DNA from: an uncultured Gammaproteobacteria bacterium
GTDB lineage: Bacteria; Patescibacteriota; Patescibacteriia; PEXW01
Assembly (NCBI GenBank): GCA_964486505.1
Contig: CAZAMC010000002.1
Location: 193,656-257,655 of the forward strand
Direction of reading: 5' to 3'
Length of the DNA stretch: 64,000 bases
How positions within the stretch are numbered: the first letter of the stretch is position 1; each line of letters starts with the position of its first letter. Of this stretch, positions 18,065 to 27,707 are shown piece by piece. The notes below the pieces were generated by a model. That model was not told the origin of the DNA. It saw only the letters and a program-made list of their open reading frames with translations, and did no database searches. The translations under genes were made by a program, and so were the position numbers.

Positions 18065-21000
18065 ATGGCGAAGAAACCGCACACTGCGAAGGACGCAACC
18101 GCACCATCGAGCGAACGTCCAGCGACGCCCTTCCCCGCCCTCGAGGAAGCGGTTTTGCAATTGTGGAAAGACGAGAAGGTTTTTCAGAAATCATTACAGC
18201 AGACGAAAGCCGGTACACCATTCGTATTTTTCGAAGGGCCGCCCACGGCGAACGGGAAACCAGGCATCCACCACGTTCTGGCGCGCGCGTACAAAGACGT
18301 CATCGTGCGGTACAAGACGATGCAAGGCTACTTCGTGGAGCGAAAAGCCGGCTGGGACACGCACGGTCTGCCGGTGGAGCTGCAAGTAGAAAAGGCCTTG
18401 AAGATATCGGGGAAGCAGCAAATAGAGAATCTTGTCCCTGGTGATGTGCAGGCGAGCATTGAGAAATTCAATGCCGCGTGCAAGAAGAGCGTCATGGAGT
18501 ACCGGAAAGATTGGGAGCACCTTACCAGCCGAATTGGTTTTTGGCTGGACCTCAAGCATCCGTACATTACCTACGATCCCGAATACATCGAGAGCGTGTG
18601 GTGGGTTTTCCAGCAGGTGTGGGAGAAAGGTTTGGTGTACAAGGGGCACAAGGTGGTGCCCCACTGCCCACGCTGCGAGACCGCCCTCTCCTCGCACGAG
18701 GTGGCCCAAGGCTACAAGAACGTTACGGATACGTCGGTGTACGTTAAGTTCAAGGTAACGCAGAGCACTGTGCCAACGTTGCAGAATCTCTTAAGCAAAG
18801 GTGAAGAGGTCTTCGTGCTCTCGTGGACGACCACGCCGTGGACATTGCCGGGTAACGTGGCCTTAGCTATTGGCAAAGACATGGCGTATCAATTGGTGAA
18901 GCATGACGGTGCGTACCTCATCCTGGCGAAAGAACGTATGGCGGTTCTGGGTGATGATGCAAAAGTTCTGGAAGATCTTACAGGTGAGCAGCTCATTGGC
19001 ACAGCCTACGAGCCGCTGTTCCCCGGCGCGGTGAAGAAGGGGAACTCTCCCACAGCCTGGACAGTCCTGCCTGCCGATTTCGTGACCACAACGGATGGTA
19101 CGGGGGTGGTGCACACGGCCGTGATGTACGGTGAAGATGACTACAAGCTTGGCGAAGAAGCAGGGTTGCCGAAAGTGCACACTGTGGATCCGACCGGGAA
19201 GTTTTTGCCAAGCGTCGCCAAGTGGGCGGGGAAGTTCGTGAAAGACCCGGGCGTGGAAACGGACATTATCACCGATCTCAAGGAACGGGGGTTGCTGCAC
19301 AAGGTGGAGCAGTTTGCGCACGATTACCCCTTCTGCTGGCGTTGCAGCACCCCTTTGCTCTACTACGCCAAAGATAGCTGGTTCATCCGGATGTCGGACG
19401 TGCGATCGAAGCTCATTGAGAACAACCGAACTATCAACTGGGTGCCCGCGTACCTAAAGGAAGGGCGTTTTGGGGAGTGGCTGAAAGACGTCAAAGATTG
19501 GGCCATCTCCCGGGAGCGCTACTGGGGCACGCCCTTGCCCATCTGGGAATGTGCGCAGTGCAAAGCGCAGAAGGTGGTGGGAAGTTTTGCAGATTTGCAG
19601 CTGCCAGAAAAGCAGGTAGACGTTCTCATGCTGCGTCATGGTTTCTCGAAAAAGAACAAACCCTCGATTATCCAGGGCAATGTTGAAGAGAGCCACCTGC
19701 ACGGCCTGACGCCCGAAGGAGCAGCGCAGGTGAAGAAGACTGCGCAGAAGCTAAAAGGGAAAATTGACGTTATTGTTGCCTCTGATTTTGAACGGACACG
19801 GGAGACCGCGCAGATCGTTAGTGACGTCACGGGTGCGCCAGTCACGTACGACCCAGACTTGCGAGAAATTCAAACGCCCGACTGGGAAGGACAGCTCGTG
19901 GTGGAGGTTCGTAAAAGCCTGCCCGATCCTTTACCCATGAGCCACCACCTTGGTGGGGGCGAGAACTACTATCAGGTTCGTGAGCGGATGCAGCGAGCTG
20001 TGCAACAGGCAATCCGCACGCACGCAGGAAAACGCGTGCTGATTGTCTCGCACGGTGACCCGCTGTGGATTTTGAAGTGGTCGTACTCGAACGTGCCGGA
20101 AAGCCAGTACCCCGAAACACCGTACCCGAAGAAGGGCGAGGCAGAGCATTTACGGGTGCCGTTGCAATTCGATCCGCACCGGCCGTTCATCGACGACGTC
20201 ACGTTGACGTGCGAGAAGTGTGACGGCACTATGCACCGCGTACCCGAGGTGCTGGATGTGTGGTTTGATTCTGGGGCCATGCCGTTTGCCCAGTGGCACT
20301 ACCCGTTTGCGGAGAAAGCCCGGGTAGACGAGGGTACGAATTTTCCGGCGGACTATATTTCCGAAGCAATCGATCAAACCCGCGGGTGGTTCTACACGCT
20401 CCTCGCCATCTCTACCTTGCTCGGCAAAGGGGCACCGTATAAGAACGTCATTTCCCTTGGCCACATCCTGGATGCCAAGGGCCAGAAGATGAGCAAGTCC
20501 AAGGGCAATGTGGTGGTGCCCGCTGACGTCATAAACCGCTACGGTGCCGATGCGCTGCGCCTGCACCTCTTCACCATGAGCCAGGCCGGCGACCCGAAGA
20601 ACTTCGACGTGCAGGGTGTGGACGACGTGGTGAAGAAGACGCTGCTCATTTACTGGAACATCGTAACGTTCTATCAAACCCACGCGGGCGAGCACGTGCA
20701 TGTTGTTCCAGAGAAACCTAGCCACATCATGGACCAGTGGATACTGGCCCGGTTGAGTCAGGTGACCGGTGTGGTAACGGCGAAACTGGATGGATACGAC
20801 CCGACTACGGCAGCGCGCACCTTGCAAGAATTCATCACCGATCTTTCTACCTGGTACGTCCGCCGGAGCCGAGACCGCATGCGGCACGGTAAGCACACCT
20901 CAACCGAAGCAGCCGCTGTGCTCCGGCACGTCATCCGCACCACGGCCGGGCTCCTGGCCCCATTTGCCCCATTCGTCAGCGAACACGTGCACCAGCAACT

Positions 21001-21589
21001 CCGGCACATCGATGAACCCGTGAGCATTCACCTCATGCCCTGGCCAACTGCCGTCGCTGCCGATACCGCGGTCCTGGACGATATGCAGCGGGTACGAGAT
21101 GCAGTAGAACTCGGCCATGCAATTCGGAAGGAACAGAATCTCAAAGTTCGCCAGCCGCTTGCGAGCGTATTCGTTAACCATGAGCTCCAGCCCGACCTCC
21201 AGCAGGTGCTGCGGGAAGAGCTGAACGTAGAGGCGTGCACTGTAGACAAAGCTATGCCCCCCGGGTGGGTAGGCAAGGCCAAAGGCGCGCTCATGGTGGC
21301 GCTCAATACCACCATTGATGAAGATCTTCGTCATAAAGGTTTGGTCCGGGAGCTGGCCCGTCACGTGAACGACTTGCGGAAGGCAGCGGGGCTCACGGTA
21401 AAAGACGTGGTCGACGTGGAATGGATGACCGACGACCCAACGTTGCAGCATGCGTTTACCGAGCACGCCGCTGAGTTGCGCGAATTCACGAAAGCCCGGA
21501 GCATAAAGGCCAGCAGCGTGCTGCAGGTGACCCACAAGAAGGAGCTCATCATCGGCGATGCTCGGGTAACCATTGGCATTACCGCATGA
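18065..21589 (+). CDS. ileS: isoleucine--tRNA ligase carrying an embedded histidine-phosphatase (SixA/PGAM-like) domain
   Basis: HIGH-region PPTANGKPGIHH, KMSKSKGN, the WAISRERYWGTPLP and DVWFDSG motifs, and a long C-terminal anticodon-binding region. About 160 aa between the CxxC...CxxC zinc knuckle halves read LRHGFS...HGLTPEGAAQ...ASDFERTRETAQ...VLIVSHGDPLWIL. Confidence 0.85.
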   Translation: MAKKPHTAKDATAPSSERPATPFPALEEAVLQLWKDEKVFQKSLQQTKAGTPFVFFEGPPTANGKPGIHHVLARAYKDVIVRYKTMQGYFVERKAGWDTHGLPVELQVEKALKISGKQQIENLVPGDVQASIEKFNAACKKSVMEYRKDWEHLTSRIGFWLDLKHPYITYDPEYIESVWWVFQQVWEKGLVYKGHKVVPHCPRCETALSSHEVAQGYKNVTDTSVYVKFKVTQSTVPTLQNLLSKGEEVFVLSWTTTPWTLPGNVALAIGKDMAYQLVKHDGAYLILAKERMAVLGDDAKVLEDLTGEQLIGTAYEPLFPGAVKKGNSPTAWTVLPADFVTTTDGTGVVHTAVMYGEDDYKLGEEAGLPKVHTVDPTGKFLPSVAKWAGKFVKDPGVETDIITDLKERGLLHKVEQFAHDYPFCWRCSTPLLYYAKDSWFIRMSDVRSKLIENNRTINWVPAYLKEGRFGEWLKDVKDWAISRERYWGTPLPIWECAQCKAQKVVGSFADLQLPEKQVDVLMLRHGFSKKNKPSIIQGNVEESHLHGLTPEGAAQVKKTAQKLKGKIDVIVASDFERTRETAQIVSDVTGAPVTYDPDLREIQTPDWEGQLVVEVRKSLPDPLPMSHHLGGGENYYQVRERMQRAVQQAIRTHAGKRVLIVSHGDPLWILKWSYSNVPESQYPETPYPKKGEAEHLRVPLQFDPHRPFIDDVTLTCEKCDGTMHRVPEVLDVWFDSGAMPFAQWHYPFAEKARVDEGTNFPADYISEAIDQTRGWFYTLLAISTLLGKGAPYKNVISLGHILDAKGQKMSKSKGNVVVPADVINRYGADALRLHLFTMSQAGDPKNFDVQGVDDVVKKTLLIYWNIVTFYQTHAGEHVHVVPEKPSHIMDQWILARLSQVTGVVTAKLDGYDPTTAARTLQEFITDLSTWYVRRSRDRMRHGKHTSTEAAAVLRHVIRTTAGLLAPFAPFVSEHVHQQLRHIDEPVSIHLMPWPTAVAADTAVLDDMQRVRDAVELGHAIRKEQNLKVRQPLASVFVNHELQPDLQQVLREELNVEACTVDKAMPPGWVGKAKGALMVALNTTIDEDLRHKGLVRELARHVNDLRKAAGLTVKDVVDVEWMTDDPTLQHAFTEHAAELREFTKARSIKASSVLQVTHKKELIIGDARVTIGITA

Positions 21590-22347
21590 GCCTACACGAC
21601 GTAACGGGCATCGTGCTGCGCCGGCGTGACGTGCGGGAAGACAGTCGACTCTATACCATCTTCACCCACGAGCGCGGGAAGCTGGAGGTTTTTGGTCGTG
21701 GCATCCGAAAAGGCCGGGCGAAATTGGGTGGGCACCTAGAACCGGGTGCCACGGTACGGGTAACGTTGGCCCGTGGAAAAACCGGCGAAACGATTACCGC
21801 CGTCGAACGCAGTCATTACCCCGCGGCCACCATGGCAAACTTGGGGCGCCTTGCCAGCCTGGGATTTTTTCTCAGTTTAGTGGATGCGGTAACAAAACCC
21901 GAGTCGGCTGATCCGGCGTTGGCTTCGTTTGCGCAGGAAGCTATTAGCACCTTGGAACATTTACCGGCTGATCCGGCTGAGCAATCTCGGTTTCGCATGT
22001 GGGTAGCCTGGCGCGTTTTGGATTGCAGCGGCCATAGTCCCGAGCTCACGCACTGTGTACACTGCCGAAAATCATTGGCCGACAACGTGCGCTACTCTGC
22101 CCAGCTCGGCGGCTGGCTGGATGCCTCCTGCTACACTGCCGACGCCAGCGCCCTCGTCGTTGGCCCGGCTGTCCGCGAGGTCGTGCGCCAGTTCGTGCGT
22201 GGTGCCTGGGAGGAGTTACCCGCTATTCCCCCCGAACGTCCAGTCGAAAAGGATGCGGCCGCTGTGACGCGCGCCGCCCTGGATCACGTTCTGGAGCGCC
22301 GCCTACCAGCCGAGCGCTTCGTGCAGTTCACGCGCAGTCTCAGTTGA
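21586..22347 (+). CDS. recO: DNA repair protein RecO
   Basis: N-terminal OB-fold region (GIVLRRRDVREDSRLYTIFT...GKLEVFGRG) and a CxxC zinc motif (CVHCRK). ATGA overlap with the ileS stop. Confidence 0.7.
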   Translation: MSLHDVTGIVLRRRDVREDSRLYTIFTHERGKLEVFGRGIRKGRAKLGGHLEPGATVRVTLARGKTGETITAVERSHYPAATMANLGRLASLGFFLSLVDAVTKPESADPALASFAQEAISTLEHLPADPAEQSRFRMWVAWRVLDCSGHSPELTHCVHCRKSLADNVRYSAQLGGWLDASCYTADASALVVGPAVREVVRQFVRGAWEELPAIPPERPVEKDAAAVTRAALDHVLERRLPAERFVQFTRSLS

Positions 22348-24434
22348 GCAATCGAGCGGCGCAGCGTATACTTGCTAGTACCATGCCGAAAGCAAAAGCC
22401 ACCGATAGCGAGGGGACCCGTCGGGTTCCCGTCCGACGCGTTCGTGGGAAAGAAGCCGAAGCCCTTCCCGAACCAGAACCCAACGAACCGGATACGAAGC
22501 CGGAAGCCGAAACCGTCGAGGTCGAGCCGGCGGGTGAGTCCTTACCGGTGCGTTCCCGGCGCGCAACGCAGAGCTTGCGGGATAACGTCCTCAGCGAAAT
22601 TTACCGCGAAGAAGGGGAGACCCCGACCGATACCGACGTGACACGTATCCAGCGGAAGCAAAAAAAATCCCGTAAACTCCTCATCAGCTTCATCGTGCTG
22701 GGAGTGCTAGCGGTCGCAGCGGCTGCCGGGTATTTCATTTTTAGCCGGCAGAGCCGCTTCAGCGAACAGGTGACACTCACGGCGTCAGCAGCGTCGGAAG
22801 TTGCATCTGGCGATGACCTCACCGTGAGCGTGCAGGTGAAGAACGAAGAAGGTATTGCTCTGCGGAATGCCGAGCTCACCTATACGGCGCCCGAGGGTTT
22901 TACGTTCCGGACGAGTACGCCCTCGCCCTCGAATGAGTTTAACAATGCGTGGGGCCTGGGGACGGTTCAGGAACACGGCGGTACGACGGTGAGCATTAGC
23001 GGGCGGCTGCTTGGTGAGCAGAGTCAGGAAAAAGTATTCTCGTTCATGCTCACGTACACGCCCGCGAATTTTAATACTGAGTTCCAAAAATCTGTGGAGG
23101 TGCGGGTGGTCATTAATAAGACCGTCTTGCACATAACGCCCGAAGTGCCTTTGCGCATTCCACCGAAGACCCCCACCGTCATTCCAGTAACTGTGGAGAA
23201 TACGGGGAGTGACAGTCTGGACGCGGTTCGACTGGTGGCCGAGTACCCTGAAGGATTCACCTATAGCAGCGCCGAGCCAAAAGCGTCGGAGAAAGATACG
23301 GTGTGGGACTTGGGTACGCTGAAGGCTGGGCAAAAAGTGACGGTAAAAATTACCGGCGCTCTCGACCAACCAGTTGGGTCGACACCCGAGTTTAAATTCC
23401 GTGCTGGACGGGTGGCTGCTGCTGGCTTCCAGGCGCAGACGGAAGTAAGTGGGATTGGCACGGTGGTGCAGTCTGGAATGGCCCTGAAGGTTGTGGTTAC
23501 CAATCCGGGCAGCGGCGCAGCCATTGGTTGGGGCGAAACGCTCAACTACGTCATTACCTACACCAACGAGAGTGACGCGGAAATGCGTGACGTCAGCATA
23601 ACGATGGAGTTTAGTCAGAAAAACGTTGAGAGCGTTGATGTGGACATTCTGGATTTGGACAACCGCTCAGACTTGAGCAAGGGCAAGCTGGCAGGGCGCA
23701 CCCTTACGTGGACGAAGAAGGAAGTACCGGCGCTCGCCGCTGTTGCTGGCGGAAAGTCGGGTGACCTTTTGCTCCGTATTCCGCTGCGGTCGGGCCCGAA
23801 CATTCGTTCACAAGCCGACCGGAACTTTGCCATTACGAGTGCGGCCCGGCTCACCGTGGGGAGTGTTGATGGCTTAGATCAGAAGAGCATTGAAACCCAA
23901 GCCACACCCGTAACCACGAAAGTGACATCCAAGCTGAATGTGGAACCCGAAGGGCGGTACTACAGCGACGAGCAAATTCCGGTTGGCACGGGCCCGCTCC
24001 CTCCGCAAGTCGGCCAGGCCACCACGTATGAGCTGGGCTGGGTGTTAGCGAATCCGACGAATGAGGTCACCCAAGTTGTTGTGAGTGCTACGCTGCCCGA
24101 TGGTGTAACGTGGGCTGGGAAGCAGTCGGTAACGGCTGGCCAAGCTGTGGCGTACGAGGCGACCACGCGGGAGGTGACCTGGCGTGTGAATCGCGTGCCG
24201 CCGGGTACGGGAACCCTGTTCGCGAGTCTAGAGGCGAAATTCGAGGTGAGCGTTACTCCTACCGCTACGGATCTGGGGAAGCTCCTCATTCTCCTCAACC
24301 AAACGGTGGTGACTGCCCGAGACGAGTTCACGACCCAAGACCTACGGGTGGAGAAGGCCATCATCACCAGTGACTTGCCAAACGACGTTGCCGCGCAGGG
24401 GAAAGGCTTAGTCGTCGCCGCGCCGGCGGTGTAG
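22344..24434 (+). CDS. membrane-anchored surface protein with DUF11-type (conserved repeat domain) repeats
   Basis: Charged disordered N-terminus, one TM helix (LLISFIVLGVLAVAAAAGYFIF), then repeated about 100-aa beta-rich modules (e.g. VENTGSDSLDAVRLVAEYPEGFTYSS...WDLGTLKAGQKVTVKITGAL). 4-nt overlap with recO. Confidence 0.5.
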   Translation: MSNRAAQRILASTMPKAKATDSEGTRRVPVRRVRGKEAEALPEPEPNEPDTKPEAETVEVEPAGESLPVRSRRATQSLRDNVLSEIYREEGETPTDTDVTRIQRKQKKSRKLLISFIVLGVLAVAAAAGYFIFSRQSRFSEQVTLTASAASEVASGDDLTVSVQVKNEEGIALRNAELTYTAPEGFTFRTSTPSPSNEFNNAWGLGTVQEHGGTTVSISGRLLGEQSQEKVFSFMLTYTPANFNTEFQKSVEVRVVINKTVLHITPEVPLRIPPKTPTVIPVTVENTGSDSLDAVRLVAEYPEGFTYSSAEPKASEKDTVWDLGTLKAGQKVTVKITGALDQPVGSTPEFKFRAGRVAAAGFQAQTEVSGIGTVVQSGMALKVVVTNPGSGAAIGWGETLNYVITYTNESDAEMRDVSITMEFSQKNVESVDVDILDLDNRSDLSKGKLAGRTLTWTKKEVPALAAVAGGKSGDLLLRIPLRSGPNIRSQADRNFAITSAARLTVGSVDGLDQKSIETQATPVTTKVTSKLNVEPEGRYYSDEQIPVGTGPLPPQVGQATTYELGWVLANPTNEVTQVVVSATLPDGVTWAGKQSVTAGQAVAYEATTREVTWRVNRVPPGTGTLFASLEAKFEVSVTPTATDLGKLLILLNQTVVTARDEFTTQDLRVEKAIITSDLPNDVAAQGKGLVVAAPAV

Positions 24435-24483
24435 CCGCAGCCCACATTTTCAGGGGGCTAGGTGGTATACTGAATACACCACT

Positions 24484-24873
24484 ATGGCCGACTCCCTCGC
24501 TCGCAATGCCACGCGTTTCGTCCTCCATGAATTCGTGGTGGACGTATTGCTTTTCCCGCTGTGGTGGTATGGGAAGGGGTTCATTCGGGTTGGCCGTTTC
24601 ACCCTCAGCCGGATAGCCGAGTTTGCCAACCGCAGTCGGTGGAGCCCTAAAGTGTGGTTCCAGAATTTGTTCGTGCCCATGTACGGCGACTACTCGCGTA
24701 GTGGCCGGGCGATTAGTTTCTTCATCCGTTTGTTCGTGGCTCTCGGTCTTACTGTGGCGCTGGTTATTGCCGTGGTCGCGTACCTCCTCTACTTCGTTGG
24801 GTATCTCGTGGCGCCTGTTGCGGTGGTGTACTTCTTCTTGCGTCAACTCGTCAGCCTACCCTGGCCGTCGTAA
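24484..24873 (+). CDS. hypothetical small membrane protein
   Basis: 129 aa, two hydrophobic helices. Extended -10 (TGGTATACT) about 20 nt upstream. Stop is 3 nt before the Clp ATPase start. Confidence 0.4.
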   Translation: MADSLARNATRFVLHEFVVDVLLFPLWWYGKGFIRVGRFTLSRIAEFANRSRWSPKVWFQNLFVPMYGDYSRSGRAISFFIRLFVALGLTVALVIAVVAYLLYFVGYLVAPVAVVYFFLRQLVSLPWPS

Positions 24874-24876
24874 CGC

Positions 24877-27609
24877 ATGGCAAAACTCCCGCCCAATCCT
24901 TCGATCATCCTCTCCTGCCCAACCTGTGTGGCCGGTGTGGCGGCGTGTCCTGGATGCAACGGCCGACGATCCGCGATGTGGCTCATGGGCCAGATTTTCG
25001 TGTGGGACCGGAAGATTGACCGTTGGCACATTGCCGAAGAACGTTTGCAGCGGGGGCTTCACCGCGCGTTTAATGCGTTGCTCATTATCTTTGGCCTCGT
25101 TGGCATCGGCCTTCTGGTGTGGCAGGTCATGGAGCGCAACGTCGCGTTTGAGTTCTCGAGCGTCCGAGACTTCCTGGGTACGCGGACCGGCTGGCACCTG
25201 GTTATCGCCCTCTCTTTGCTCGGTGACCTCATCGTTACCGCGCGCCTGGTGAAAGGCCGGCAAGAGCGCGTGCTTGTGGCGCACCGGGATAGCGAACTCC
25301 TCGCCGTGCCTGCGCCCACCCTGAGCTGGCCAGACCTGGTCCGGGAGCAGAACCGTTTCCAAGATGTGTCTGGGGCTTTCCTAGAGCCCGCGCACCGCGC
25401 CATTGAAGGCGCATGGTCGCTCGCGGAGCGCTTGCAACATCGCAGCGTTGAACCGCTCCACCTATTTGCCGCGCTGTTCGCCCTGCACGATACCCAGGTG
25501 GTTTTCGGTCGGCTGGGCATACAAAGCCAAGGCTTGAGCGAACGCGTAACGCGCGCGCTCTCCCGGCTCCCCCAAGCCAGTGCGCCGCCTACGGTCAGTG
25601 GCCCCTTTGTGGGTGCGCTCCTGCGTGCCTACCAGGAAGCAGTCTTTGCTTCCAAGCCCGTTGTGGATGTTCCTGAACTCATCGTGTCGGTCGGGCACGA
25701 CGCGCAGGTGAGCGAAATTCTGGCTGACCTCGCCATTGATGAGCAGAAGCTAAGAAACGTAGTGGCGTGGATTAGCATTACCCGCCGGCTCTCTCGGGGG
25801 TACCAGCGCTGGCGTCGGCAAGCGCGCTTCCGCGGCAAGGGCGGGATGAACCGAGCGTTCACGGCCATTGCTACGCCCATGTTGGACCAGTTTAGCCACG
25901 ACCTCACGCAGCTGGCGCGAAACGGATCGCTGGCGCACTGCATTGGTCGGGAGAAGGAATTTGAAGAAATCTTCCGTGTGTTCGAGGGCGGCCGGGCCAA
26001 CCCGCTACTCGTCGGCTTGCCGGGCGTGGGCAAGACTTCCATTATCGATGGTCTGGCGTACCGCATGGTGGCCGATGACGTGCCACTGGTCTTGCAAGAC
26101 AAGCGCTTGGTGAGTTTGTCCGTTGCGTCCATTGTTGGCACTGCGGGTCGGCAGGGTGAGCTGGAAGAACGCTTCAACATCATCCTTTCCGAAATTTCCC
26201 GGTCCGGGAATATCGTGCTGTACATCGACAATGTCCAGAATTTGTCTGGCCTCACTACCGAGGGCGGCAGCCGTTTGGACTTAGCTGAAATGCTGGCACA
26301 GGCGCTGGGCCACCAGGCTTTCCTGTGCATTGCCACCACGAATCCGCTCGACGAGCACCGTTACGTGGAGCGATCCAGCTTGCAGTCCGTTTTCCAGCGC
26401 GTACCGGTGAACGAAGTAGACACCAACGGGGGCATCCAAATTCTGGAAGGGAAAGCGGGAACAATTGAGTATAAGCAGTCGGTGCTATTCAGCTACGACG
26501 CCATAGAAAAGGCGGTCACGCTGTCGCAGCGCTACATCCACGATCGCTACTTGCCCGAGAAGGCCGTTAGCCTTGCCGAAGAAGCGGCGGTGTACGTGCA
26601 CAAGACGCGCGGGAAGGGGAGCGTGGTTACTGGCGAGGACGTAGCCGCAATTGTTGCCGAGCGAACGAGCATTCCCGTCACGCAGGTCACGCAAGCCGAA
26701 ACCGAAAAACTGCTCAAACTGGAAGACCGCATCCACGAACGGGTCATTGGTCAAGATGAAGCCGTGAAAGCCGTTTCGGCCGCCTTGCGCCGGGCCCGCG
26801 CTGAACTTCGGGACGCCCGGCGTCCGATTGCGAACTTCTTGTTTCTCGGGCCTACGGGTGTAGGGAAGACCGAACTTGCGAAAGCGGTGGCCGAGGTGTA
26901 CTTCGGCGATGAGAAGAACATGATTCGCCTCGACATGTCTGAGTACCAGGTGCAATCCAGCCTAGGCCGGCTCATTGGCACGCCCGATGGTGAGGGGGGC
27001 TACCTTACTGAGGCCATTCGGAAGAATCCATTTTCTTTGCTCCTGCTGGACGAATTAGAGAAAGCGCACCCTGACATTCTCAACGTATTCTTGCAGGTCA
27101 TGGATGATGGCCGGCTTACCGACAGCACGGGCCGCACCGTGGACTTCACCAACGTCATTCTCATTGCCACCTCGAATGCCGGCACGCCCATCATCCAGGC
27201 CGGCATGAACGCCGGCGAGAGCCTGGAGAGCATCAAGCAGCGCCTGGTGACGCAAGAGCTGGCCCAGCACTTCCGGCCAGAATTCCTCAACCGCTTCGAC
27301 GGCATCATTGTGTTTAAGCCCCTCGACTTCCCGCAGGTCATTGCCATTACTAAGCTCATGCTCGCGCAGCTGGGGGAGATCCTGAAAGGCAAAGGCGTGC
27401 AGCTGCGGGTGAGCGAAGCCGCCGTAATGGAGCTCGCGCAAGTTGGTTTTGACCCGCAGTTCGGCGCCCGACCGCTGCGCCGTGCGCTCCAAGAGCACGT
27501 GGACAACGCCTTGGCGAATGCACTGCTCACCGGCCAGCTGGCGCGGCGGGACGTAGCCGTGCTGGAACCCGGCGGAAAAGTTCGGGTAGAGAAGGCGAGC
27601 GAAGTGTAA
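24877..27609 (+). CDS. ClpA/ClpC-family double-ring AAA+ ATPase with N-terminal zinc-ribbon and transmembrane segment
   Basis: Two Walker A sites (GLPGVGKTSI; GPTGVGKTELAKAV), Clp_N-like repeats and a short inter-domain linker with no long ClpB-type M-domain. The N-terminus has CPTCVAGVAACPGCNGR followed by a hydrophobic helix (ALLIIFGLVGIGLLVW). Confidence 0.8.
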   Translation: MAKLPPNPSIILSCPTCVAGVAACPGCNGRRSAMWLMGQIFVWDRKIDRWHIAEERLQRGLHRAFNALLIIFGLVGIGLLVWQVMERNVAFEFSSVRDFLGTRTGWHLVIALSLLGDLIVTARLVKGRQERVLVAHRDSELLAVPAPTLSWPDLVREQNRFQDVSGAFLEPAHRAIEGAWSLAERLQHRSVEPLHLFAALFALHDTQVVFGRLGIQSQGLSERVTRALSRLPQASAPPTVSGPFVGALLRAYQEAVFASKPVVDVPELIVSVGHDAQVSEILADLAIDEQKLRNVVAWISITRRLSRGYQRWRRQARFRGKGGMNRAFTAIATPMLDQFSHDLTQLARNGSLAHCIGREKEFEEIFRVFEGGRANPLLVGLPGVGKTSIIDGLAYRMVADDVPLVLQDKRLVSLSVASIVGTAGRQGELEERFNIILSEISRSGNIVLYIDNVQNLSGLTTEGGSRLDLAEMLAQALGHQAFLCIATTNPLDEHRYVERSSLQSVFQRVPVNEVDTNGGIQILEGKAGTIEYKQSVLFSYDAIEKAVTLSQRYIHDRYLPEKAVSLAEEAAVYVHKTRGKGSVVTGEDVAAIVAERTSIPVTQVTQAETEKLLKLEDRIHERVIGQDEAVKAVSAALRRARAELRDARRPIANFLFLGPTGVGKTELAKAVAEVYFGDEKNMIRLDMSEYQVQSSLGRLIGTPDGEGGYLTEAIRKNPFSLLLLDELEKAHPDILNVFLQVMDDGRLTDSTGRTVDFTNVILIATSNAGTPIIQAGMNAGESLESIKQRLVTQELAQHFRPEFLNRFDGIIVFKPLDFPQVIAITKLMLAQLGEILKGKGVQLRVSEAAVMELAQVGFDPQFGARPLRRALQEHVDNALANALLTGQLARRDVAVLEPGGKVRVEKASEV

Positions 27610-27707
27610 GGCACGTTTTTTACGAAGCTGCTCCGCATTGACGAGCGGGGGTTTTTTGCGTAGGGTAGGCCCACGAAATGGTTCTTGAACAATGAAAGGA
27701 GCAGATT

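Noticed and set aside
27610-27707. Intrinsic terminator after the Clp ATPase (T-run at about 27650)
   Set aside because: T-rich runs are present but I could not pair a convincing stem. Left unannotated.
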